This document shows, one piece after another, positions 53,442-64,000 of a DNA stretch of 64,000 nt (within the stretch, counting starts at the first letter, position 1; each line of letters begins with the position of its first letter). Made by a program: the position numbers and the translations under genes. The stretch lies in contig CAUVXB020000002.1 in assembly GCA_963555825.3 (NCBI GenBank), positions 2,368,001 through 2,432,000 on the forward strand, given 5' to 3'. Below the pieces are notes generated by a model, which saw only the letters and a list, made by a program, of their open reading frames with translations, did no database searches and was not told where the DNA came from. Source of the stretch: Alphaproteobacteria bacterium. Its GTDB lineage: Bacteria > Pseudomonadota > Alphaproteobacteria > JAAXGF01.

Positions 53442-54250
53442 ATGCGCAGATTGCTCGCGCTTCTGATTGTCGCTTTGACCGTTACCGCCAGCGCCGCACG
53501 CGCGGAGCCGGCGACGGTCCGGCTCGATGACGCGCTGATCGCCGAGATCGCCGGGCTGGCGCCATTGCGCGGCTCCGCACCGAGCGCCGATCGCCTCGCC
53601 GGCAAGGTCGTCGTCGTCGGCTTCTTCGCCAGTTGGTGCCCGCCGTGCCACGCCGAGTTCCGGCACCTCGGCGAGATCGACGCGCGCTACTGGGGCGCCG
53701 GCGTCGAGATCATCGCGATCAACCTGTTCGAGGATTTCGGCGGCCTGTCGAGCTTAGCCCGGCCTTCTCGCCATGGATAGGCGCGTCATCGCGCCGGGCG
53801 GAGTCGATCCGCCAGGAGAAGGCCGCGGAGCGTAGCCTGGGCTACGCGCAAGGCCTTCGACGCCGCGGGCGGCCCGCCCGGCGCGACCCGAAGGGCGGCG
53901 GATCTCGGACGACAGGACCGCGTCAAAGCGCTTGCCCGATGCGGAAGCATCGTGGCCTGCGCGCTTTTCCTAGCCTGTCGTCCGATATCCGCCGTGCCGC
54001 ACCTATCCATGGCGAGAAGTCCGGGCTAGCCAATCTCGCGCGTTTCCTCGACGAATTCGACCCCGGCTACTACGTGCTCAGTGGCACCGACGCGACCGCC
54101 CAGGCGTTCGGCGGCGTCCGCCGCATCCCGACGCTCTATGTCTTCGACAGGCAGGGGCGCCCGGTGTTCGGCTTCGTCCACGAGACCGGCGCGGCCAAGA
54201 CCAATGTCGACGCAGACGAACTCGCCGCCGTCATCGACGCGCTGCTTTAG
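53442..54250 (+). pseudogene. TlpA-like thiol-disulfide oxidoreductase interrupted by a MITE
   Basis: FFASWCPPC; removing the MITE restores GGLSSLANLARFLDE...RIPTLYVFD in frame. Confidence 0.85.
53755..54028. mobile_element. MITE family A, copy 2
   Basis: IR TAGCCCGGCCTTCTCGCCATGGATAGG/CCTATCCATGGCGAGAAGTCCGGGCTA; TTAG target; homologous to 2847-3118. Confidence 0.9.
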
Positions 54251-54388
54251 AGTTTTTTGTGCGTTCCCCTTCATAGAGTGAAGGTGAACTGCGCTCAATC
54301 GCCGCGCTTGCTTCCGCCGAACGGTCGGCGGCCTGCGGTCGCAGGCTGGCATAGTCCGGCCGATTCCAATCGACCGGACTATGCGCTA
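54248..54388 (-). repeat. Structured repeat family B, copy 5 (minimal, reverse orientation)
   Basis: Reverse complement contains GGCCGCCGACCGTTCGGC and GCGCGGCGATTGAGCGCA; TAG...CTCTA ends. Confidence 0.8.
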
Positions 54389-56505
54389 CCGTCCGCCCCG
54401 GCCGGCCGGTCGGCGAAGTGGCGCCATTCGTCCTTGCCGCCGCGGTTCTCGATGTAGTTGATCAAGGCCGAGACGGCGCGGCGGTCGAACTTGGCGTCGG
54501 CCTCCGACATCAAGATGTTGTATGCCTGATCGAACGGCATGGCGTCGCGCCAGGCGCGCGCGCTGGTCATGCCGGCGAAGGCGTTGGCGACCGAGACGAC
54601 GCGCGCGCCGACCTCGATGTTCTCGCCCTCGAGGCCCTCGGGCCCGCTGCCGTCCCAGTTCTCGTGGATATGGCGGATGGTCGGCACCACCGGGCCATCG
54701 AACGCGACGCCCTCCAGAAGGTCCGCGCTGCCCAGTATGCTGTCGCGGATGATCGCCCGTTCTTCCTCGGTCAGATCCCCGGTCTTGGTCAACAGCGCCT
54801 CGGGCACCAGGATCTTGCCCAGGTTCATCAGATGGCTGACGATCTCGACGGTCTCGACCTGGACCGTATCGAGCCCCATCTCGCCGGCGATCGCCTTGGA
54901 GACATCGGCGACACGGTGCGAATGGTCGGCCGAGAACGGGTCGCGCCGGTCGACCACGGCGACCAGCGTGCCGACCAGCTGCTTGAGGATCTGCTCGCGC
55001 CTGATGCGCTCCCTGGTCAGTTCGGTGATGTCCTCCATCACCATCAGCACGCCGGGCGGATGGTCGCGGTCGCCGCGCAGCGGGATGTGCTCCGACTTGA
55101 CGACCTGAAGCTCGCCGTCCTCCTCCGTTTCATGCACCTAGGTAGCGCGCTGGAAATCGCCCAGCACGTCGCGGTTGATGCGCTCGTAGAATTTGGCCTT
55201 CACCGGGCCGATGACGCTGGCCATGGTCTTGCCCAGCATATCCTCCTTCGCGATGCCGGCCTGGTCGGCCGCGGCCTTGTTGGCGAAGGTGTACTGCGTC
55301 TCGCCGTCGACCGCGGCGATGGCGGCCGGCTGGCCGTCGGTCACCACGTTGAGAAATTTCATGATGTTCTCGAAACGCTCGGACGAGATGCGGAACTTGG
55401 CTGCCGCCTGCGCCGCGCGCAGCGAGCTGCCGTAGAACCAGACAAGCCCGATGGTGATGGCGATGCCGACGATGATCAGGATGAACACGGTCAGCATCGC
55501 GGTGCCGCGCCGCTCGGTGTCGGCGAGCGCTTCTTCGCGCGAGATCTTGCGCACCAGGTACCACGGCGCGGCGCTTACCTGGCGGCCGGTGGCGAGCACC
55601 TCGTCGCCGGCATAGTCGCGCTTGATGGCGAAGCCCTCGGGTGTGTCGATGGCATAGGCCGCGGCGAGTTCGGGCGTGTCACGCGCCAGCTTGCGGCGCA
55701 GCGGCGGCGAGCCGTCGGCCAACGGCGTGAGGTATTCGATGGCGGCGCCCGTGAGGCGCACCAAATAGTTCTCGGCGGTCTCCTCGATCTCGCCGGGTTG
55801 TTCGAGCAAGCCGTAGAACCCCTTGCCGAGTGGCTTGAGGCCGATCACCAGGCCGAGGTGCTTGGCCGTGCCGGGATCGTCCTGGATGCCGTAGACCGGC
55901 AGCACGAAGCCGATCACCGGCTGGTTGCCGGCGCCGGCGTGGATATCGATGAGCACCGCCTCGCCGCCCGAGGCGCGGCCGATGGCCTCGCGGATCTGCG
56001 GCGTCGAGGGCGGCATGTCGGGCGTCGCGACCAAGATGTTGCCGTTCTCGTCGGTGACCGCGAGCCCGGCGATGCCGGCGCGCTCGACGTTGGCGTCGAC
56101 GTCGATCGCCTCGACCGGCGCGACGAAGCCGTTGCGGTTGGCCGTGGCGACCAAAAGGTTGCGCAGATAGCCGACCTCGGCGTCCGCCGCCTCGGGGTCG
56201 CCCTCGCCCGCGCGCACTTCGGCGATCTCGCTCATGTAGATTTGCAGCGATTCGTTCTCGACCAGTTCGCGCATGGTGGCGAACTGGTCGTCGACCCATT
56301 GGTTGACCGCGGCGACGCGGGTGTCGGCGACGATGTTGAGACGGACCTGCCAGGCGTGCAAGTCGCGCTCCTTCTCGTCTTCGACGAAATTGAAGACGAG
56401 CCAGACGCCGACCAACGCGGCCACGGCGAGCGCCGCGATCGAGCCGAAGAAGATGATCCTGCCGACCTGCGGAACCTCGTCGATGCCGGAATTCGAGTCT
56501 GACAT
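54379..56505 (-). pseudogene. Membrane sensor (TM-periplasmic-TM-PAS-degenerate HD-GYP) with in-frame TAG at 55138-55140
   Basis: ORFs 55138-56529 and 54379-55137 are contiguous and in frame; HSHRVA, MNLGKI, HENWDGSG-P. Confidence 0.8.
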
Positions 56506-56571
56506 GGGCCACTGCTCCCCGGAGTGCACTGCGCGGCGGCGCCGTCGAGGCGCGCCTCTTCGATCATCTTA

Positions 56572-56851
56572 TACCAAGGACCAGTGATAAAGACCCCTAG
56601 AGACGGCTTGCCGTGGTTCTCGGCTAGGCGCGCCCGGCGCGGCGATGCAGCGCATCGCAAGGCGGGCGCAACGACGTCCGCCAATCTGATAGCGGGCGAG
56701 AGCCTCGGCAAGCCGCCCTTCGGGTCGCGGCCGCTTATCGCCGGAGGGCGCCAGGAAGCCTTGACGATGCGCTGCATCGCCCGCGGCTCCCTTGCCTCAC
56801 CGGCGAAAAGCGGACGCGATCTCTAGGGGTCTTTATCACTGGTCCTTGATA
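56572..56851. mobile_element. MITE family C (280 bp)
   Basis: 32-bp IR TACCAAGGACCAGTGATAAAGACCCCTAGAGA/TCTCTAGGGGTCTTTATCACTGGTCCTTGATA; internal IR GCGATGCAGCGCATCG. Confidence 0.9.
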
Positions 56852-57013
56852 TTATTGAATGCCATGGAGTCAAGGCGTTGTACATCCTCGTCACCGGCCG
56901 AGACGCGTCGTCGGTGCTGTGATCGCGGTCATATGGCCGGCGCGCCGAACAATGCTATATTGCGACATGTTCGAGACGATCTTACGGGCGGAACGCGAGC
57001 AACGGTTTCGACG

Positions 57014-57652
57014 ATGACAGGACGGCTGCGATGTTTCGGTCTGATCGGCGCGGCGCTCGCCGCGCTCGCCTTGGCCGGCCCGACGCCCGCCGTGGCGGCG
57101 ACGGCCGGCGCGCAGAGTTTCTTCAATACCACCGAGACCAAGAAGACCGAGCTCAAGAAATTCGGCAAGTGGACCAGTGCGGTCAAGCGCTACTTCGCCG
57201 AGAAAGGCAAGAACGAAGGGCCGTGCACCGCGACCGAGTTCAACAAATGCCACTATGACGAATGGCGCACATTCATCGACAACGCACGCTCGAAACCGCG
57301 CGACTACAATCTGCTCGTCGAGGTCAACAAATTCCTCAACCCGCCGACCCGCCGCTATATCACCGATCCGATCAACTGGGGCATGAAGGATTACTGGGAA
57401 GCGCCCGCCGAGTTCTTCAACAGGCGCGGCGACTGCGAGGATTACGCGATCACCAAGTACATGACGCTGCGCGACCTGGGCTTTCCGGCCGCGCAGCTGC
57501 GCGTCGTCGCGGTCAAGGACCTGAACCTCAAGGTCGGCCACGCGATCCTCGTCGTGTTCCTCGGCGGCCAGACCTATCTCTTGGACAACCAGGTCAAGAA
57601 AGTCGTCGAGATGTCAATGGCGGAGCAAAAAGGGACCACCTCGGCGGTGTAA
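57014..57652 (+). CDS. Transglutaminase-like cysteine peptidase (LapG/BTLCP), C-terminus replaced by the IS21 end
   Basis: Signal peptide, DYW.AP.EF, GDCEDYAITKY, GHAIL, LLDN; native sequence ends at 57611. Confidence 0.85.
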   Translation: MTGRLRCFGLIGAALAALALAGPTPAVAATAGAQSFFNTTETKKTELKKFGKWTSAVKRYFAEKGKNEGPCTATEFNKCHYDEWRTFIDNARSKPRDYNLLVEVNKFLNPPTRRYITDPINWGMKDYWEAPAEFFNRRGDCEDYAITKYMTLRDLGFPAAQLRVVAVKDLNLKVGHAILVVFLGGQTYLLDNQVKKVVEMSMAEQKGTTSAV

Positions 57653-60181
57653 GAAGGGACCGCTTGGCGGCTGCGGGCTTGTCCCCGTAGTCCACGGGAG
57701 GGCCCCGCGCGCGACGCGGCGTGCCCTCAACAGGCTGACGCGGCGGCGCGCGCGGGAGGGACCTGTGGGCCCACGGGGTCAAGCGTGGGCTGGGTGGTCG
57801 GTTCAGTTAGCAGTCGGGGTTTGACGCCTGCGGCTCTGGTTGAGCCTGTAGCTGTCACCGTTCATCTCGAGGATGTTGACGTGGTGGGTGAGGCGATCGA
57901 GGAGCGCGCCGGTGAGGCGCTCGGAGCCGAACACCTCGGTCCATTCGTCGAAGGGCAGATTGGTGGTGACCAGGGTCGAGCCCCGCTCGTAGCGTTGGCT
58001 GAACACCTCGAACAACAGCTCGGCGCCGGTCTTCGACAGCGGCACGAAGCCGAGTTCGTCGACGATCAGAAGCTTGTAGGTGGCGAGCTTCTTCTGGAAC
58101 CTCAGCAGCTGCTTGTCATCGCGGGCCTCGATGAGTTCGTGGACCAGCGCGGCGGCGGTGATGAAGCCGACCGAGAGGCCCTTCTGGCAGGCCGCCAGGC
58201 CGAGACCGAGGGCGATGTGGGTCTTGCCGGTCCCACTGTTGCCGAGCGCGATGAGGTTCTCGCGGCGCTCGATGTACTCGCAGCGGGCCAGCTCCAGGAC
58301 CAGCGCCTTGTTGAGCGAGGGGATGACCTTGAAGTCGAAGCTGTCGAGGCTCTTGACCACGGGGAAGCGCGCCGCCTTGATGCGCCGCTCGACCATGCGG
58401 CGCTCGCGGTCGATCAGCTCGAGCTCGGCGAGTCTCAACAGGTAGCGGACGTGATCGACGCCTTCCGAGGCGCACTGCCGGGCGATCTTGTCGTACTCGC
58501 GCAGGAAGGTCGGCAGCTTCAGCGTCTTGAGGTGGTGGGCGAGCAGCACTTGCGGTGTGTCGGTCATGCGCCGAGCCCCGACAGCAGGCTCATGTACGAC
58601 TTGGCGGACGTCATCGCGACCCGGGCGCGCGGCAGATACGGATAGACGTCGAGGTTGAGCCTGGGCGGCCGCCGCTCGATGCGGCACAGTACCAGGTGCT
58701 TCACCGCATCAAAGCCGATTGCGCCGAGCCGCAGGGCGTCGCCGACCGCACCCTCGACCTCCTCGAGCCGGAAGGTCTCCAGTAGACGGAGCACCTGGAC
58801 GTACTCGCGCTTGCCTGCCTTGCCCATACGAGCTTCGAGGAGCCGCCGCAGAGTGATGAAGGCCTCGGGCAGGTCCCAGCCCGCCAATGGCGCGGCCTGG
58901 TCGAGGGCGCCGATCTTCTGCTCGATCAAGGGCAGGTAATGCAGCGGGTCGAAGATCAGGTCCTCGCTGTCGTAGGACCGGCGGTGCCGGGCGATCACCT
59001 CGGCCCCGCAGCTGATCACCACCTCATCGACGTAGCCCCGGATGAGCACCTCACGGTGGCCGTAGGCCACGGGCACGGAATAGTCGTTGCTGCGGTAACG
59101 CACCAGCGACAGCGAACTCGCCCGTCCAGGGCGCTTATCGCAGGCATCATAGGGAGCAGGCGGCAATGGCAAGAGAACTTGACGATCCCGCTCGAGACGC
59201 TCGCCGATGGTCTCCTTGTGGCCCCGCAGCCGCGCCGCCTGGCGCCGGCGGCACTGTTCGGCGAGAGCATCGTTGAGGGCCGCGAAGCTCTCGGCACGCG
59301 GGACGGGGACCAGGAAGTTCCGCCGGATGAAGCCGACCAGTCCCTCGACCTTGCCCTTGTCGTTGCCCTTGCCCGGCCGGCCGAACCTGTCCTCGAACAG
59401 ATAGTGGGACTGAAGCTCCGTGAAGACGCGCGTTCGCTGCCGCTTCCCATCGCCCAGGATCCGGGCAACCGCCAGCTTGGTGTTGTCGTACAGGATGGAT
59501 CGGGGGACGCCGCCGAAGAAGGCAAACGCCGCGTTGTGGCCATCGCAGAATGCTTCGGTCGTCTCCGCCGGATAGGCCGCAACAAAGCAACCATCACTGT
59601 GGGGAAGGTCGAAGGCAAGGAAGTGGATCTTCCGTAACGCGCCGCCGATCACCGCCATCGCTTCGCCGAAGTCCGCCTGGGCGTGACCGGGGGAATGGGA
59701 GAGTGGCACGAACACCTCACGCGACCGAAGCCCCTGCTCACGAACGTAGTCCTTCACGATGGTGTAGCCGCCCGTGAAACCGTACTCGTCCCGGAGGCGG
59801 TCGAAGATGCGCTTCGCAGTGTGCCGTTGCTTGCGGTGGCTGGTCCGATCGTCTTCCAAGATCCGATCGATGATTCCCGTGAACGGACCCAGCTTTGGCC
59901 GCCTCGGCGGCGCGCTTCGGCGATACCCTGGCGGCACCGAGAACGACAGCATCTTACGGACCGTCTTGCGGTCTACACCAAACACCCGCGAGGCCTCGCG
60001 GGTGCTCATCCCCTCGACATGACACGCCCGCCGAACCCGTGCGTACAACTCCACCCGATACATCCCCCCCGCCTTCCAGTCAGAGCAACCCTGACAGAAG
60101 GCTATACGCGGTCCCATTTTGGTCCGCCGCAGCCGGATCGACCGGCCGCTTCAGTGGGGGATTATTGCTCTGCCGTTCTCA
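57612..60181 (-). mobile_element. IS21-family element (istA 58564-60063, istB 57803-58567)
   Basis: IstA QADFG, YDN, KGKVE; IstB GNSGTGKT, IVDELG; ends TGTCAATGGCGGAGCAA / TTGCTCTGCCGTTCTCA; no TSD seen. Confidence 0.92.
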
Positions 60182-60838
60182 GCTCGCCACGACGCGGATA
60201 AATTGGCCCTCGAGCGCGTCATCGGCGGTGAGGTTGCCCTCGCCGTCGGAGCCGCTCGCCGAGACAAAAAGGATCCCCGAAATCGGCTCGGGCGGCGGCG
60301 CCTCTTCGTCGGCGATGTCGGACTGGTCGGCCTCGGGCACGAAATTGATCGCGATCGGCGGATCCTGTCCGGGAATGCCCGGCCCCTCTCCCAGGTTGGC
60401 AATGTTCTGGACGGCCTCGGGGCTGGGGCCGAAGGTGCCCTCGGTGCCACCGGTATCGCCGGCTGCCGTGCTGATGCCGGCCAACAGGTCTTCGATCGAC
60501 GCGACGACCGTCACCTCCTCGGTGTCCGGGTCGAAAAAGGCGATCGAGCTGCCGGTCTCGTCTTCGATATAGAGCGCGAGGTTTTCGAAGATGAACTCTT
60601 CCTCTTCCGCGGCGCCGCCGCCGCGCACGATGCCGTCGATGATCACGGTCTGCTGCGCTTCCGCCACGATCGTGACGATGACGTCGTCGCCATCGGCGAG
60701 AATTTCGATCGGCCGGCCTTCGCTGTCGAGGATATCGACCTTGTCGCCCTCGGCGACTTCAATCTGGGCGCCGGGCTCGAGCTCGAGTTCCCGAACCGTG
60801 CCGTCCTCGCTCGTGATGCGAACAGTAAGAAGAGCCAT
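60179..60838 (-). pseudogene. N-terminal fragment of an acidic T1SS adhesin-like protein truncated by IS21
   Basis: Very acidic, no signal peptide, LLAGISTAAG followed by a Gly-rich linker; the stop codon is supplied by the IS end. Confidence 0.6.
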
Positions 60839-61169
60839 CTGTCTCTATCCCTTGCTTGAGTGACCGGCGCCCGCCGCCGACCCCTCGGTTGATATTCCTT
60901 CGAACTCGCGGTCTGAAACACGTGGACCGCGCATAGTTCGGCCCCGCAACGGTGTGCATTATCAATTCTGTGCCCAACGGCGTCATCACCCATATGGATG
61001 ATGGAATCGCATTTATCCAGATGACCCCTGGCTTCGACCCGACAACCCGTCCGGCTCGCCCAAATTGGCAGAGAACGTTAGATAATGCCCTGATATTACG
61101 GCATCAAACGGATTTTGTCGAGACCCGGGACCCAGTCAGGCCGAGGTCCTTTGGACGCAAAGCGAATTT

Positions 61170-64000
61170 TCAGCGCAATAGCAGGAAATTGCCCGTCGAC
61201 ATGCCGGCGAAGACCGAATCGGTGCCATCGATATAAAGCCTGACGGCACCCATGCGACCGTCGGCGAAGTCGCGGCGCACGTCGTCGTGACGGCGCACTT
61301 CGAGATAGACGATCGTGCCGGTCGCCGAATAGGTCTTGCGCCAGACGGTGACCGGATTGTCGACCAACATCCCGCCGCCGGACAACGTCGCCTTGCGGTC
61401 CCAAAGCAGCTGCGGCGCACCGTAGACGCCCCTGAAGTGGTCCACGACACGATCGTAGGCGCCGGTCGGGAAGTTGGCGAAATACCGCGTCGCGCGACCG
61501 TCGACATAGCGCACGATGACCTTGGAGCCCTGATAAATAACGCTGCTGATCCGGAAGACCGGTTCGATCTCGACCGGCCAGTCGTCCTCGGAAATGCAGA
61601 CGTTGACCGCGCCGTGCTGCTTGGTCACGCATTTCGTATCGCCGGCGCCCTCGGGCAACGCCCCGCCGAGGCCAAGGCTCGGCCCGAAGCGCAGTTCGCG
61701 CGTCGGTTCGGGTACTTCGGGGTGGGCCACGACCACCGCGGCGACGGTCTCCGGCGCCGGCAATGCTGGCGCGACCTCTTCGTCCACCGCTGCCGGACCA
61801 GTCTCGGCCGCGGCAACATCGGTTTCTGCCACGGCCGGCGGCGGCGCGCTTTCATCGCTGCCGAAGAGGCTGGAGAAGAATTCGCTGACGGCGTCCTCTT
61901 CCGGCGCCTCCGCGGCCGGCATCGGCGCCGGCTCGGGCGCCGCGACGGGTTCGGGCTCGACGCTGGCGACGATGGGCTCGGGCTCGGGCGCGGCGACGAT
62001 GGGCTCGGGCGCAGCGACCGGTTCGGGCTCGACGCTGACGATGACGGGTTCCGGCTCGGGCGCGGCGACCGGTTCGGGCTCGACGCGGGCGATGACGGGT
62101 TCCGGCTCGAGTTCGGGCTCGGCCACCGGTTCCGGCTGAGCCGGCGGCGGCGCACCTTCGTCGCTGCCGAAGAGGCTGGAGAAGAATTCGCTGACGGCGT
62201 CCTGTTCCGGCGCCTCTGCGGCCGGCATCGGCGCCGGCTCGGGCGCCGCGATGGGTTCGGGCTCGACGCTGGCGACGGCGAGTAGCGGTTCGGGCGCAGC
62301 GACCGGTTCGGGCTCGACGCTGACGATGACGGGTTCCGGCTCGGGCGCGGCGACCGGTTCGGGCTCGACGCGGGCGATGACGGGTTCCGGCTCGGGTTCG
62401 GGCTCGGCCACCGGTTCCGGCTGAGCCGGCGGCGGCGCACCTTCGTCGCTGCCGAAGAGGCTGGAGAAGAATTCGCTGACGGCGTCCTGTTCCGGCGCCT
62501 CTGCGGCCGGCATCGGCGCCGGCTCGGGCGCCGCGATGGGTTCGGGCTCGACGCTGACGACGGCGAGTAGCGGTTCGGGCGCGGCGACCGGTTCGGGCTC
62601 GACGCCGACGACGGCGAGTAGCGGTTCGGGCGCGGCGACCGGTTCGGGCTCGACGCTGGCGATGACGGGTTCCGGCTCGGGTTCGGGCTCGGCCATCGGT
62701 TCCGGTTCGACGCTGACGACGGCGGGCGCCGGCTCGGGTTCGACCACCGGTTCCGGCTGAGCCGGCGGCGGCGCACCTTCGTCGCTGCCGAAGAGGCTGG
62801 AGAAGAATTCGCTGACGGCGTCCTCTTCCGGCGCCTCCGCAGCCGGCATCGGCGCCGGCTCGGGCGCGGCGACGGGTTCGGGCTCGACGCTGACGACGGC
62901 GGGTACCGGTTCGGGCGCGGCGACCGGTTCGGGCTCGACGCTGGCGATGACGGGTTCCGGCTCGGGTTCGGGCTCGAGTTCGGGCTCGGCGATCGGTTCG
63001 GGCTCGACGCTGGCGATGCCGGGTTCCGGCTCGGGTTCGGCCACCGGTTCCGGCTGAGCCGGCGGCGGCGCACCTTCGTCGCTGCCGAAGAGGCTGGAGA
63101 AGAATTCGCTGACGGCGTCCTCTTCCGGCGCCTCTGCGGCCGGCATCGGCGCCGGCTCGGGCGCCGCGATGGGTTCGGGCTCGACGCTGGCGACGATGGG
63201 CTCGGGCTCGGGCGCGGCGACGATGGGCTCGGGCTCGGGCTCGGGTTCGGGCTCGGGTTCGGGCGCGGCGGCGACCTCGACGGGTTCCGGCTGGGGTTCG
63301 CTTTCGGGTTCTTCGTCGGCTCCGCCAAACAGATCCGCAATATCGCCGAAAAAGGACGACACCGGATCCTCGCCGGTCGGCTCGGCGCCCGCCTCGACCG
63401 CCGGCTCACGGGGCGCCGCTTCGACGGGCTCGACGACGACCGGCTCGGAAGACGGCTTAACCACGACGGGTTCAGGCGCTGGCTGAACGACGACTGGTTC
63501 GGGCGCGGCCGGCGGCGGCACCGGCTCGGGCGCCACCGGCGGCTGGACGACCACGACCTGCGCCGGCTGTGTCGTCTGCTGCAACAACGGCGTGGTTTCG
63601 ACTGTCGGCGCCGGCGCGGCGGTAACGACCGGCTGCGGTGCGGGCTGTGGCACAGGTTGGGGTACCGGTACCGGGGTCGTCGAGGTCGCCGCCCTGGCGT
63701 CCGGCGCCTGGCGGTTGTTGCGCACCGACAACAGGTAGAAGGCGACGTCGAAGTAGCCGGAATCGATGGCGATATCGAGCGCCGCCATGCCCCAGGCGTT
63801 GCGCGAATAAATGTCGGCGCCGGCCAGCACGCTCGACTTCACCGCCGCGAGATCGTTCTTGTAGACGGCGGCGAACATATCCTTGGTCGCCTCGGCCGAA
63901 ACGCCCTCGGTGCCCAGCGTGGCCTGCGCGACGACGAACGGCTGGACCGGCGCGGCGGCGAGCGCGCCGACCGTGGGCGTCACGATGCACCCGGCGACCA
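61170..64000 (-). CDS. Exported ankyrin-repeat protein with long Pro/Glu-rich repeat region (5' end beyond the window)
   Basis: Frame is open to the window edge; hydrophobic leader; MFAAV..NDL..VK.....[27 protein letters not shown]. Confidence 0.8.
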   Translation of the reverse strand, partial: VAGCIVTPTVGALAAAPVQPFVVAQATLGTEGVSAEATKDMFAAVYKNDLAAVKSSVLAGADIYSRNAWGMAALDIAIDSGYFDVAFYLLSVRNNRQAPDARAATSTTPVPVPQPVPQPAPQPVVTAAPAPTVETTPLLQQTTQPAQVVVVQPPVAPEPVPPPAAPEPVVVQPAPEPVVVKPSSEPVVVEPVEAAPREPAVEAGAEPTGEDPVSSFFGDIADLFGGADEEPESEPQPEPVEVAAAPEPEPEPEPEPEPIVAAPEPEPIVASVEPEPIAAPEPAPMPAAEAPEEDAVSEFFSSLFGSDEGAPPPAQPEPVAEPEPEPGIASVEPEPIAEPELEPEPEPEPVIASVEPEPVAAPEPVPAVVSVEPEPVAAPEPAPMPAAEAPEEDAVSEFFSSLFGSDEGAPPPAQPEPVVEPEPAPAVVSVEPEPMAEPEPEPEPVIASVEPEPVAAPEPLLAVVGVEPEPVAAPEPLLAVVSVEPEPIAAPEPAPMPAAEAPEQDAVSEFFSSLFGSDEGAPPPAQPEPVAEPEPEPEPVIARVEPEPVAAPEPEPVIVSVEPEPVAAPEPLLAVASVEPEPIAAPEPAPMPAAEAPEQDAVSEFFSSLFGSDEGAPPPAQPEPVAEPELEPEPVIARVEPEPVAAPEPEPVIVSVEPEPVAAPEPIVAAPEPEPIVASVEPEPVAAPEPAPMPAAEAPEEDAVSEFFSSLFGSDESAPPPAVAETDVAAAETGPAAVDEEVAPALPAPETVAAVVVAHPEVPEPTRELRFGPSLGLGGALPEGAGDTKCVTKQHGAVNVCISEDDWPVEIEPVFRISSVIYQGSKVIVRYVDGRATRYFANFPTGAYDRVVDHFRGVYGAPQLLWDRKATLSGGGMLVDNPVTVWRKTYSATGTIVYLEVRRHDDVRRDFADGRMGAVRLYIDGTDSVFAGMSTGNFLLLR
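61840..63260. repeat. Intragenic tandem repeat, five units
   Basis: CCGAAGAGGCTGGAGAAGAATTCGCTGACGGCGTCC at 61861, 62167, 62452, 62788 and 63085 (spacings 306, 285, 336, 297 bp). Confidence 0.9.

Noticed and set aside
259-56502. Many long overlapping ORFs (e.g. 515-2716, 6898-8835, 10387-12309, 17254-18954, 54418-56502)
   Set aside because: They are antisense or off-frame shadows of recognisable genes in high-GC DNA and carry no family motifs.
1-64000. CRISPR array
   Set aside because: No run of identical repeats with unique spacers and no cas genes; the tandem repeats at 61840-63260 are coding.

Overview
High-GC Alphaproteobacterial (Rhodospirillales-like) chromosome segment, probably from a marine or host-associated organism. 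Housekeeping genes (sdhCDAB, mcl/mch, mlaC, tRNA-Leu(CAA), dedA-dsbB-coq7, HNH-esterase-gluQ) alternate with decaying accessory DNA. That DNA holds 8 insertion sequences (ISKra4/ISLre2-like, two IS630, IS3-like, IS1182, an IS110/IS1111 with a nested IS256, and IS21), several MITE and repeat families, three toxin-antitoxin pairs and many pseudogenes. Main points of interest: (1) fixed-length 24/25-bp GTCYGC...GCRGAC hairpins bracket co-oriented lower-GC genes like cassettes and are hit repeatedly by IS1182/IS1111 elements; (2) a Lap-like adhesin control module with a catalytically dead HD-GYP receptor, a LapG protease and a TAAG-bearing adhesin N-terminus, truncated by IS21; (3) an ectoine-paralog operon with a tandem EctC and a Rieske oxygenase lacking its Rieske cluster; (4) a five-copy structured repeat with swappable hairpins; (5) an exported ankyrin protein with five SEFFSSLFG motifs on Pro/Glu spacers. 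All family calls come from motif recognition by eye; no database search was run.
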